Shown one piece after another: positions 47,200 to 57,633 of a DNA stretch of 64,000 nt (position 1 is the stretch's first letter; each line of letters begins with the position of its first letter). Where the stretch lies: positions 434,001-498,000 of the forward strand of contig MU057398.1 in NCBI GenBank assembly GCA_013265495.1, given 5' to 3'. The notes beneath the pieces were generated by a model, which was given only the letters and a program-made list of their open reading frames with translations, did no database searches and had not been told where the DNA came from. This DNA is from Vicugna vicugna. Its lineage: Eukaryota. Position numbers and translations under genes: made by a program.

Positions 47200-48417
47200 A
47201 CTCTATTTTCCATGGCTCGTGCCTTTCATTTTGTAGCCAGAGAAGTCATCACCAAACTCAAAGTCGCCTAGATTTTTCCCTGAGGTTATCATCTAGGATT
47301 TTATAGTTTTGCATTTCACATTTAGGTCTAAGATTCATTTCGAGTTAATTTTTGTGAAATGTGCCCTGTCTGTGTCTAGAGTCATTTATTTGCATGCCGA
47401 TGACCAGTTGTTCCAGCACCATTGGTTGAAAAGATAATCCACTTTCCATTGAATTGCCTTTGCTCCTTTGTCCAAGATCAGTTGACAGCATTTGTAAGGG
47501 TCTATTTCTGCTGTTCCATTTTGCAAAACTGAAAACCCTGTTGATGGAGTTGGGGAAGCAAATGGTGGACCCAGGGGGCTTCCCATGTTCTATATAAGAA
47601 CATGTCCTGGCTCATGGGAACATGGGTATTTATTTTTTTTTTTAAATTCAGATGCACAGAATCAGGTTACTCACTATCCATCAAGTCTGTCCACTCAAGG
47701 CCCACTTTCATTTTGTTTATTTTTAAAATAAGCTCATTAACACTTATGAAGCCACCACTCAATCCTGGCATGGTACCATTACCAGTAAGTTACATATACC
47801 ATCCTGACACCGTCTCCCCCACACCCCACAGTGACCAAGAGGCCACATTTGGATTTATCATTCTTTTGCTTTTTAAAATTGGGGAAAAGTACATATAACG
47901 CAAAATTTGCCATTTTAATCACATTTAAGTACAATTCAGGGGTTTTAATTACATTCACGGTGTTGAACCGTCATTATGTTTCTAAAACTCTTTAATCACC
48001 CCAAACAGGCTTTGTATCTATAAAGCAATAAATAGTTCCCTGTTCCTCTCCCCAACCCCTGGCAACCTGTATCCACTTTCTGTCTGTATGAATTTGCCCA
48101 GTCTAGATATCTCATATAAGTGAAATTTTATATTTGTTATTTTATAATTGGTTTATTTCACTCAGGATAATGTTCTCAAGGCTCATCCATGTTGTAGTGT
48201 GTGTATCAGAACTTCATTCCTCTTTATGGCTGAATAGTATTCCATTGTATGGATGGACCACATTGATTTGTATAGTTATCTGTCCATGGACACTTGGGTT
48301 GCTTTCCCTTGTTTTATCATGTATCTTTTCAGTTTATCTTATTTTTGAACTTTTTGTAAAAAGTATCCTGTCTGTAATCTTCTGTGAAAATGCTTTTCTA
48401 TCTTCAACATTATGACC
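47200..48417 (-). mobile_element. Old L1 fragments (several, approximate span)
   Basis: Reverse ORF2 DNA 'cagttgttccagcaccattggttgaaaaga' near 47405 and a 3' UTR at 47870-48310. Confidence 0.7.
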
Positions 48418-48434
48418 AAGATTATTTTCCATGA

Positions 48435-49891
48435 CCTAGAATTGCTAAAGCATTACTGAAGAGAAAGAAAGAGGCTGGAGGAATAACTCTCCCAGACTTC
48501 AGACAATACTATAGAGCTACAGTCATCAAGACAGCATGGTATTGGTACCAAAACAGACATATAGACCAATGGAACAGAATAGAGAGTCCAGAAATGAACC
48601 CACAAACTTTTGGTCAACTCATCTTTGACAAAGGAGGCAAGAATATACAATGGAATAAAGACAGTCTCTTCAGCAAATGGTGTTGGGAAAACTGGACAGC
48701 AGCATGTAAAACAATGAAGCTAGAACACACCCTTACACCATATACAAAAATCAACTCAAAATGGATTAAAGACTTAAACATAAGACAAGATACAACAAAC
48801 CTCCTAGAGGAAAACATAGGCAAAACATTATCTGACATACATTTCAAAAATTTTCTCCTAGAAGAAATAAAAGCAAGAATAAACAAATGGGACCTAATGA
48901 AACTTACAAGCTTCTGCAGAGCAAAGGAAACCAGAAATAAAACAAGAAGAAAACCTACGGAATGGGAAAAAATTTTTGCAAGTGAAACCGACAAAGGCTT
49001 GATCTCCAAAATATATAAGCAGCTCATACGACTCAATAAGAAAAAAATAAACAACCCAATCCAAAAATGGGCAGAAGACCTAAACAAGCAACTCTCCAAG
49101 GAAGACATACAAATGATCAAAAAGCACATGAAAAAATGTTCAATATCACTAATTATCAGAGAAATGCAAATCAAAACTACAATGAGGTATCACCTCACAC
49201 CAGTCAGAATGGCCGTCATTCAAAAATCCAAAAATGACAAATGCTGGAGAGGCTGTGGAGAAAGGGGAACCCTCCTACACTGCTGGTGGGAATGCAGTTT
49301 GGTGCAGCCACTATGGAAAACAGTGTGGAGATTCCTCAAAAGACTAGGAATAGACTTACCATATGACCCAGGAATCCCACTCCTGGGCTTGTACCCAGAA
49401 GGAAATCTACTTCAGGATGACACCTGCACCCCAATGTTCATAGCAGCACTATTTACAATAGCCAAAACATGGAAACAACCTAAATGTCCATCAACAGGTG
49501 ACTGGATAAAGAAGATGTGGTATATTTATACAATGGAATACTACTCAGCCATAAAAACCGACAACATAATGCCATTTGCAGCAACATGGATGCTCCTAGA
49601 GAATGTCATTCTAAGTGAAGTAAGCCAGAAAGAGAAAGAAAAATACCATATGAGATCGCTCATATGTGGAATCTAAAAAACAAAAACAAACAAACAAACA
49701 AAAACAAAGCATAAATACAGGACAGAAATAGACTCATGGACAGAGAATACAGACTTGTGGTTACCGGGGGGGTAGAGGGTGGGAAGGGATAGACTGGGAT
49801 TTCAAAATTGTAGAATAGATAAACAAGATTACACTGTATAGCACAGGGAAATATACACAAAATGTTATGATAAATCACAGAGAAAAAAAAA
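48435..49891 (+). mobile_element. Young 5'-truncated L1 with an uninterrupted ORF2 C-terminal frame
   Basis: The frame is open from 48435 to 49676 ([22 protein letters not shown]...[18 protein letters not shown]...SLICGI*). Perfect 17-bp TSD aagattattttccatga at 48418-48434 and 49892-49908. Confidence 0.95.
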
Positions 49892-50173
49892 AAGATTATT
49901 TTCCATGATGTTGTTTGTAGCTGTAGTTGATTCATTTTTACTGATATATAATATTTCATAATTTATTTACCCATTCTCTTGTTGCAGGGCATTTCAGTTG
50001 TTTCCAGTTGGCTGCTATTAGTCCTACCAATTTACACTCCCACTAATAACGTATAACAGATCCTTAGGGATCTACAGCTTCTTCAACTCTTGGCATTTTC
50101 AGACTTTGTTTCCACCGGGCTGGTGGGTGGAAATGGTCTCTCCCCAAGGTCTTGCATTTCCCTGATTACTGAT

Positions 50174-50715
50174 GATTAAAGAAATGTTCCCATATTGACA
50201 GCTGGGGAGTTCATTCTGGCTTTCACAGGAGTTCACTTGAATTTGATGCTAACTAAAACAGCCTGCCTACAGCCTGTCAAACATACACTGTACGTCTGCT
50301 TTAATTATTAAAGAAAAAGGCATATTGACCAGAAGTAAAGAATGCTCATGTTAAAAATAAAGATTCAATGCCCCCCTTCCTGGGACACCAGTGCTGGTCC
50401 TCCTTGGATGATAAGACTCCCTTCCCTGGTGCTTAGGCCATACTGACTCACTGCATATGCGTTGGTCTCTCTCTTTTTTTTTTTTTTCAGTTTTTGTTGT
50501 TTTTTTTTAAACCTTGAAGGAAAGTGTCCTTGACTTGTTTGATATTCTTTGTTCTGACAAGATCTAAAACTGTGCTGAAAACCATGCTTCTCCAGAGCAG
50601 TTCCTCAGTTATCTGAGAGGCTGTCTTCCAGGCTATAGTCCTCAGTTTGGCTCAAATAAAACTCTTTTTCTGTTCCTCTCAGAGACTGACTGTTTACTGA
50701 TTATTTTCCTTGACA
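50174..50715 (+). mobile_element. Older ERV1-type solo LTR
   Basis: 'ctgagaggctgtcttccaggctatagtcctcagtttggctcaaataaaactc', ending '...ttgaca'. The 5' edge is uncertain. Confidence 0.6.
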
Positions 50716-50777
50716 AGGTGAGGTGGGCCTTCTCCCGAGTGCTTTCTTGGTAATACACATTTTCTCTCCTATGTTAT

Positions 50778-51244
50778 TGTGAAGGAAAAGCCCAGCTGGG
50801 CTAACAAGCTAAGTCACAAATCTAAGTGCAACAAGTGTCGGATTACTGATCTGAGTTCTGCTGGGCTAACTCATAAATCTGAAGTTTAGTGTCAGTCTAT
50901 TGGGCTAACGAGCTCAGTCACAAATCTAAGTGTGATAAGTGTCGGTTTACTGATATAAGTTCTGCCGGGCTAACTCGTAAATCCAAGCTCAACAAGTGTC
51001 AGTAACGTGATCTGTTCCAAATTGATAAGCTCCAGTGTACTGATTCCTTGCTTTTTGTTGTTTGAACCTTATTGGCTAATAGCCCCATACTTGTAATTAA
51101 CCCTATAAAACCTCATGTGCACGTCTTGGAGGTGCTCAGAGCTTCGGAGCAGAAGCCCCTCTGAGCCCGCCGGCGTAATAAATCTGAGTACTCCAACCCT
51201 CCGAGTGGTGCTTGTTTCTTGGCTGGCCTGTCATTTCCGTAACA
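50778..51244 (+). mobile_element. Isolated 467-bp LTR of the same family as the downstream provirus
   Basis: TGTGAAGGAAA...TTTCCGTAACA termini. By eye it is identical to 55840-56353 except for one 47-bp indel. Confidence 0.95.
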
Positions 51245-51590
51245 TTTCTATTTCTGTTCTCTTCTAGGATTTAACCACTCAAACTCTAGAAAACTCACTT
51301 ACCAGGATTTTGCCACCTACTCTGTTAAGACGGCCGTTCACCTCATTAGAAATGAGAGCAAGTCCTCTGACCACGCATGGTCTTGCTCCTTTTGACCTCC
51401 GGTTTGGGAGGCCTATGAATTTTGGTCTGAGACCAAGTTCTGCGCCTGATTTAACTGAATCCTTTCATGGTCATGCTCAGTACTCAAAAGTACCCTCCCC
51501 TCCCCCTGCCTGTTCTTACAGGCATCCAGGCCATCCTATTCACAGTAGTAGGTATTTAAATTACTTTAAGGATCACATTTATGAGGCAAG

Positions 51591-51695
51591 GAGGGCATAG
51601 CTCAGCGGTGGAGGGCATGCCTAGCATGCACAAGGTTCTGGCTTCAACCCCCAGTACCTCCATCAAAAATAAGCACATAACTTCCCCCAAAAAAA
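51591..51695 (+). mobile_element. Vic-1-like SINE
   Basis: 'gagggcatagctcagcggtggag...cttcaacccccagtacctccatc', with an A-tail. Confidence 0.8.
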
Positions 51696-52365
51696 GTGTT
51701 TTAAAAAATGAGCAAACATGTAATTAGTGAAATAGTTTAATACTGGGGAAAAAATCATCCCAGAAAGCTCTCAAAGGCCTTCACTCAAGTAGGCTAGCAG
51801 CTATAAAAGAGCAGTAAGACAGCATTCTTAATTCAAAGTCACAGGACTGTTGATATCAAGGGGAACAGTTAGGTACTGGGTTAGGACTTCCGAAAGATTA
51901 AACGATGGTAATTAATAGACAAGCAGAAATCTGGCATTTGCAGACAGAAGCTCAAAAGACAGGTCTAATATGACTGGATTAACTTTAGGACACAAGCTCC
52001 CCAGATTGCAGTAGGGATGGATAAACAAAGGTTGGGCTTTTATTCCGGCTTAACATTATGATGATTATGACTATTGATTTGGACTGATGCAAGAAAAAAA
52101 GGGCCCATAGGACTGCTTTGTCCCAAGACTAAAAACAAATATGGCCATGAACTCAAACACTGAAAGTTCCATCTGTGCTCTTCGACTGGTGCCTCATAAG
52201 CCTTCGATGCTACATAATGGCCAAGAGTGTCTTTGCATTTCACATCTGAGACAGTATTTGAGAAGATGGAATTACAGAGGGACCTAAATTATCATGTAAA
52301 TGTGATGTTATTTAGATATTTGATGAAAACTCAGGAGAGATGTATTTCACCTTACAAGAAAAACT

Positions 52366-52702
52366 TTTTTTTAAACATTTTTCATTGATTTATAATCATT
52401 CTACAATGTTGTGTCAAATTCCAGTGTAGAGCACAATTTTTCAGTTGTACATGAACATATATATATATTCATTGTCACATTTTTTTCTCTGTGAGCTACC
52501 GTTAAGATCTTGTATATATTTCCCTGTGCTATACAGTATAATCTTGTTTATCTTTTCTACATTTTTTTAATTTACTTTTTTGGGGGAGAAGGTCATTAGA
52601 TTTACTTATTTGTGTATTTTTTTAGAGGAGGTACTGGGGATTGAACCCAGGACCTTGTGTGCGCTAAGAATGTGCTCTACCACTTGAGCTATTCCCTCCT
52701 CC
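52366..52702 (-). mobile_element. Vic-1-like SINE (52580-52702) joined to an L1 3' end (52366-52560)
   Basis: Both are on the minus strand, and caagaaaaact flanks the composite at 52355-52365 and 52703-52713. Confidence 0.8.
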
Positions 52703-53179
52703 CAAGAAAAACTCTTAACTGAAAGTTGAAATGATAAAACACCAGAGTTAAGCTACTCTTTAGACTTGGATTGGACAAAACTTCGTAAGGAACTTCAAAA
52801 TGATACTCAAGTCGTCAATCATTTGAAAACTCAAGTAATAAAGATGTCACACCAGCTAGTGAAAGTAACCTATGAGGAAGGAAAATGTTTGGGTGAGCTT
52901 GTGTCCTAAAGTTAATCAAGTGATATTAGACCTGTCTTTTGCAACCTCAGTCTGCCAGGAATCTGATTTAACCGTTTCACGTTGGTATCATATATTTAAA
53001 AGGTTATTCTCCCAAGGCAAATACCAAATTGTGAAATTCATCCTATTGTAATTCTGATCATTGTTTTGCTTTGCATTTTACTTGCTGGCATCTGCAACTT
53101 GCCCAGAAAAAGTTAAAAGGACAATGGAGATAATGAAATATTGTGATGTTGCTATTTCGTGGGAAGCCAGCGAGGTGGT

Positions 53180-53687
53180 TGTAAGGGCAGATACAAGTTA
53201 GGAGTAAAAACCCTCATTCTCCTGGTGGAAGATAAGGTGACAGACCCCCCCCCCAGATCTTTTCTTTCAGCATTTCTTCCTTTTGTCCTTTTTAAATATA
53301 TGTAAATCTTTTTAATGGCTGAATAAGCCTCTGGCCATTCTCACAACTCAGGAATGTTTCCTCCCCTTCAGGATCTGGGAGCACCTTTTGAAATGTAATC
53401 CAGGAAGATGTGGCCCACGAAGACCTCCCAGTTTCCAGAGACGAGAGGGGCTGACTGGAGTCCAAGTTGCAAAAGCTACCTGCTGGAAGAGGCTGTGTGT
53501 CCACATAGCTCTGTAGAGGAGACAGTTCCTTCTGTCTCTGCGTCGGTCAAATGGGCACCCCTCTTTGCCCACATCATTCGGGTACCGTGTTTGTTCAATG
53601 ATATAGATGTGTTCTTTCTTTTCTTCTATTGTGGAGAGGTGTTCTGGGTTGGGAGGAGATTTTGGTTTTAATTCTATTTCCCCAACA
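53180..53687 (+). mobile_element. Old ERV1-type LTR, preceded by degraded internal sequence (about 51250-53180)
   Basis: TG...CA termini (tgtaagggcag...ttccccaaca). An integrase-like peptide APFDLRFGRPM lies upstream at about 51385-51417. Confidence 0.5.
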
Positions 53688-53919
53688 CACTTCACAGCAG
53701 TGGGGAAAGAACCACTAGTATAAAATAGAGATGTATCCATTCACTATCCGTAGGGAGAAAAAGAAATCTCAGTGAACTTTGACTCAAGGAAAACAACCAG
53801 ACAGAAAAGGGAACAGTCACAAATGTACAACTTGATGAACTTTCACAAAGTGAACACTTCCATGGAACCAAGAGCCCATGTCCAGAGACAGAAGTCCAGT
53901 GCCTGGGAAGCCCCCAAGG

Positions 53920-54405
53920 CAAACCAGATTATGTCACCCCCTGCATTTGCTGCTGTGGCATATTGATTATTTTGAATTAAAAGCATTTAAGAACAAGTGC
54001 AAGAAGGATGCTCTGACTCTCCTTTTTCTTCCTGAAAGCAGGAACTAGCCTGCCTCTGTGGAAGTGCCCTCCCTGCACCAGAGACCAGCTTCGAGAGCCT
54101 GGAAATCTGTACCAGCAAATCTTGTTAGTTTCACACTTGTATTTCAAATTATTTTTTCACCACCTACCACCCCTTTTTCTTATCAATTCTTCACCAATTC
54201 AACATTTATTTGTCTAAAGGGTAGAAAAGCTGCCTGCTCTGGTAACTTCTTGGGGGTCTTCATTCTCTTGTGAAGGCATCCAGGCACATGTAAACATTTA
54301 ATAAAATGTGTGTGCTTCTCTCCTGTTCATATGTCTTGTGTCAGTTGAATTCTTAGGCCTGCCAGAGACCCAAAGATGGTAAAGAAGGATTTACCCTCTC
54401 CATCT
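53920..54405 (+). mobile_element. MER34-like LTR
   Basis: 'accagattatgtcacccc...tggcatattgattattttgaa...aataaaatgtgtgtgcttctctcctgtt' resembles MER34. Confidence 0.6.
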
Positions 54406-54605
54406 CTTTGGGTCACCAGCCCTCCCCAAGGATGCAGGTGCACTTGCAAAGCCATCTGCAGTACTGGTAGGAAAGATGGGGGTGGGGGAGCTAAAGACAG
54501 AAAGTTGTCAGGAGGCCAAGACTGAAGTCTGTGCAAGACAAGATGAAACCCCAAGACAGAAAGGAGAAGAGGGGTCAATTCGAAGATTGTCAAAGTTAAA
54601 GACTC

Positions 54606-55020
54606 CACAATATCCCCTCCCCAGGAACTCATAAAGATGCATTTACTCTGGGAAGCAATGGTGATCTGGCCCTTAGAATTTCCAATGGCCCCCTTACAAC
54701 TGAAAAATAACCAAGCCCCTGAAATGGATACGCAAATGCCTCTGCACTCAGAGGGACTTGCATTTCAATGCACTTTAGTTTTTTGAGGAGTGGAAAGTAG
54801 TCAAAGGGAGAGAACCCACAACATCCCCTCCCTGGGAACTCACAAAGATGCATTTACTCCTGCAGGCAATTGTGATCTGACCTGAAGAATTTCGGAGGAC
54901 TTCCCTTAAAACCTAAAAGTACCCAAGAGCCAATATGTAGAAGCAAACGCCCTGCTGCCAAAGGGACTTGCATCTCAATGCTGTGTCCTTTTAAAGGAAG
55001 AGAGTACTTTGGTCAGCTTC
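54606..55020. repeat. Diverged tandem duplication, period about 211 bp
   Basis: 'cacaa.atcccctccc..ggaactca.aaagatgcatttactc...agggacttgcat.tcaatgc' starts at both 54606 and 54817. Confidence 0.8.
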
Positions 55021-55285
55021 CTGGCATTGTTAAAAGCAACAATCAAGAAAATCAACCTGGACCTTGCAATAAGACGCTACTGAGCCTTCCTGATTCCTGA
55101 GCAACTTCAACCTGGAAGTCTTTTTTTTTTTTTTTAAGGAAAAAAATCTTGACCAGTGCTTAACATCATATGCAAACATTAATTCCAGCTGTGTTGTAAA
55201 TCTAAAAGTCAAAGGCAAAACAACCAAGCGTGTAGAAGACAACAGGAGAATGTCTCCATGGTCTCAGAGTTGAGAAAGATTTCTT

Positions 55286-55361
55286 TTTTCTTTAATGGAG
55301 TGACTGAAGATTGAACCCAAGACCTTATGCAGGCTAGGCATGAGCTATATCCACCCCCCAG
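55286..55361 (-). mobile_element. Internally deleted Vic-1-like SINE
   Basis: 'ttgaacccaagacc...tgagctatatccacccc' with TSD gaaagatttctt at 55274-55285 and 55362-55373. Confidence 0.7.
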
Positions 55362-55839
55362 GAAAGATTTCTTAAATAGGACACAAAAGTACTAACCATA
55401 GGAGAATATATTGATAAATTAGTGTTTTCTGAGCTCTGAGGGCACTCAGCCAATTCGTTATTCTTCATGTCTTCAATGCATCTCTCCCCGCCCCCTGCAG
55501 TGTGACTTCTGCTCAGTTCCCATTCTCTTTACCCTCCTCCCCACCTCCCAGCCTGCCGCCCTACATCTCCAAGCTCTTGCTTTGTGCAAGGCATGTAGAA
55601 GAACCACTACTGGATGAGTTCCTCACCTACAGAAGCATACTTTGTTTCTGGTGTTTTCTGAGATTTGCTTCCCCTTGGTTGCTTTGCTGTGCTGTTCACA
55701 TATTAATTGCAGGTATCCCCTACATGGCTTCTGTTCTGTGTCCCTCCGATGTTCCCCAGGTCCTATGGCTCTTGCTGTCTGCAAGGGAGATTGGTTATAC
55801 CACTTTAGAGTGAACTCCGTACTTAGACAAAGTTCATTG

Positions 55840-56353
55840 TGTGAAGGAAAAGCCCAGCTGGGCTAACAAGCTAAGTCACAAATCTAAGTGCAACAAGTGT
55901 CGGATTACTGATCTGAGTTCTGCTGGGCTAACTCATAAATCTGAAGTTTAGTGTCAGTCTATTGGGCTAACGAGCTCAGTCACAAATCTAAGTGTGATAA
56001 GTGTCGGTTTACTGATATAAGTTCTGCCGGGCTAACTTGTAAATCTAAAGTTTAGTGTCAGTTTACTGGGCTAACAAGCTAACTCGTAAATCCAAGCTCA
56101 ACAAGTGTCAGTAACGTGATCTGTTCCAAATTGATAAGCTCCAGTGTACTGATTCCTTGCTTTTTGTTGTTTGAACCTTATTGGCTAATAGCCCCATACT
56201 TGTAATTAACCCTATAAAACCTCATGTGCACGTCTTGGAGGTGCTCAGAGCTTCGGAGCAGAAGCCCCTCTGAGCCCGCCGGCGTAATAAATCTGAGTAC
56301 TCCAACCCTCCGAGTGGTGCTTGTTTCTTGGCTGGCCTGTCATTTCCGTAACA
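55840..56353 (+). promoter_or_regulatory. Proviral 5' LTR (514 bp)
   Basis: Imperfect inverted termini, a 104-bp tandem repeat in U3 (55859-55962 and 55963-56066), ATTGG 56180-56184, TATAAAA 56213-56219 and AATAAA 56286-56291. Confidence 0.93.
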
Positions 56354-56357
56354 TTTC

Positions 56358-56375
56358 TGGAGGCCCCAGCGAGAT
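56358..56375 (+). other. Primer binding site complementary to tRNA-Thr(UGU)
   Basis: TGGAGGCCCCAGCGAGAT, 4 nt after the LTR CA. It is the reverse complement of the mammalian tRNA-Thr(TGT) 3' end as recalled (ATCTCGCTGGGGCCTCCA). Confidence 0.85.
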
Positions 56376-57633
56376 ACAACCACGCCGGCCCCTTGAGCCG
56401 CTGGACTGGTGGCTCCGGCCGACCGGGGGACGGGACTCCGGCAGCGAACGAGGAGGCGCCACCCGACAGTATTCCGGGTTCTCTTTCGTGACGGCAACTC
56501 GGCCCCCCGGGTGGCTGGGCTACAACCAGAGCCAGACTCCGTGGAGGGACGGACAGACTCACCAGGTGGCCGTCCGGACAAGGTAGGATCCCCCGGGAGG
56601 AATCAGGTCCTGTCCCATTGGACAGAAGAGGAGGCTGATCCCCTCCTACAGGCTCTCCGTCTGATGGTAACTCAGACGGGGAAATCAGGAATCAGGTCAG
56701 GAATCAGGTCCTGTCCCAGTGGACAGAAGAGGAGGCTGATCCCCTCCTACAGGAAATAGGATATTGGTATTGGTGGGAGGAATGTTGTTAACCTCTGTGT
56801 GTGTGTGTATGTGTGAGTGAATGAGCGGCCTGTGAAGCATGCGATCAGGCTCGAGTTTGTAGCTCCACGGCATTCTGCTACGGAGTTCGAGTGAGTCCCA
56901 ACCTGCGGTTCCGTGGTGACCTCATACGGCTCAGGGCGGTATCGGTCCCTCAGGGTCCCGATCGGAGTCAGCGGCTTATACTGACCCGCCAAAGCTAAGA
57001 GGCACCTTCGTCCCCGCGAGGGGAGCGGCCAGGCGGACGCAACGAAAACCCTCCCTTGTCTTGTCTGCGACACCGGCACAGGGTGGCTACACTGGGAGGG
57101 AAAAGGACATAGCCAATGAGTCAACGCCCCTGTGCCCTTGGAGGCTAGGATGCTATTTCTTTGAGAAAGTCTCCTACCTGACTCTGTCACAGAACACCCG
57201 AGACTTATTGTTCCCCTACTGAACTGACCCAAGTAGTGCCCCTTTTGCCTAGCCCCAGACACCCAGGACGTAAGTTTAGAAGACGAATTCCTTCAGGACC
57301 GGGCTTGCCCAGCCCTGGAGGTCCCTTTTCTAGTCCATTTGTTTTGCCATCTGCCGTCAGTCCCACGCCCCTGATACGTTAGTTCAGAATATAGAGAGGA
57401 TTTAATGAAGAAAGTCCCTGAAACTGCTTGAGGCCTTGAGATCCAGAGACATCAGCTGAGACTGGAACCCAGAGTCCCTGACCAAGTTAGCCTTAAAACA
57501 ACTCATAGACCCAGCAAGAGAGCAGTCTCTCTGGGAACTCCGGTGTTTTGAAGAGTGAAGAAGAAAAAGATATAAAGGCTACCTTCCCAAACATCTAAAG
57601 CAACAGAACTATTATCCTTAAATATCTAAAAGA

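Noticed and set aside
48614..49174. 186-aa hydrophobic minus-strand ORF
   Set aside because: Common antisense translation of L1 ORF2.
55859..56090. Regularly spaced GGGCTAAC repeats superficially like a CRISPR array
   Set aside because: The spacers are themselves repeated, the context is a eukaryotic LTR U3, and there are no cas genes.
57001..57633. Glyco-Gag-type N-terminal extension in frame with gag
   Set aside because: An in-frame TAA at 57619-57621 and many further upstream stops block it.
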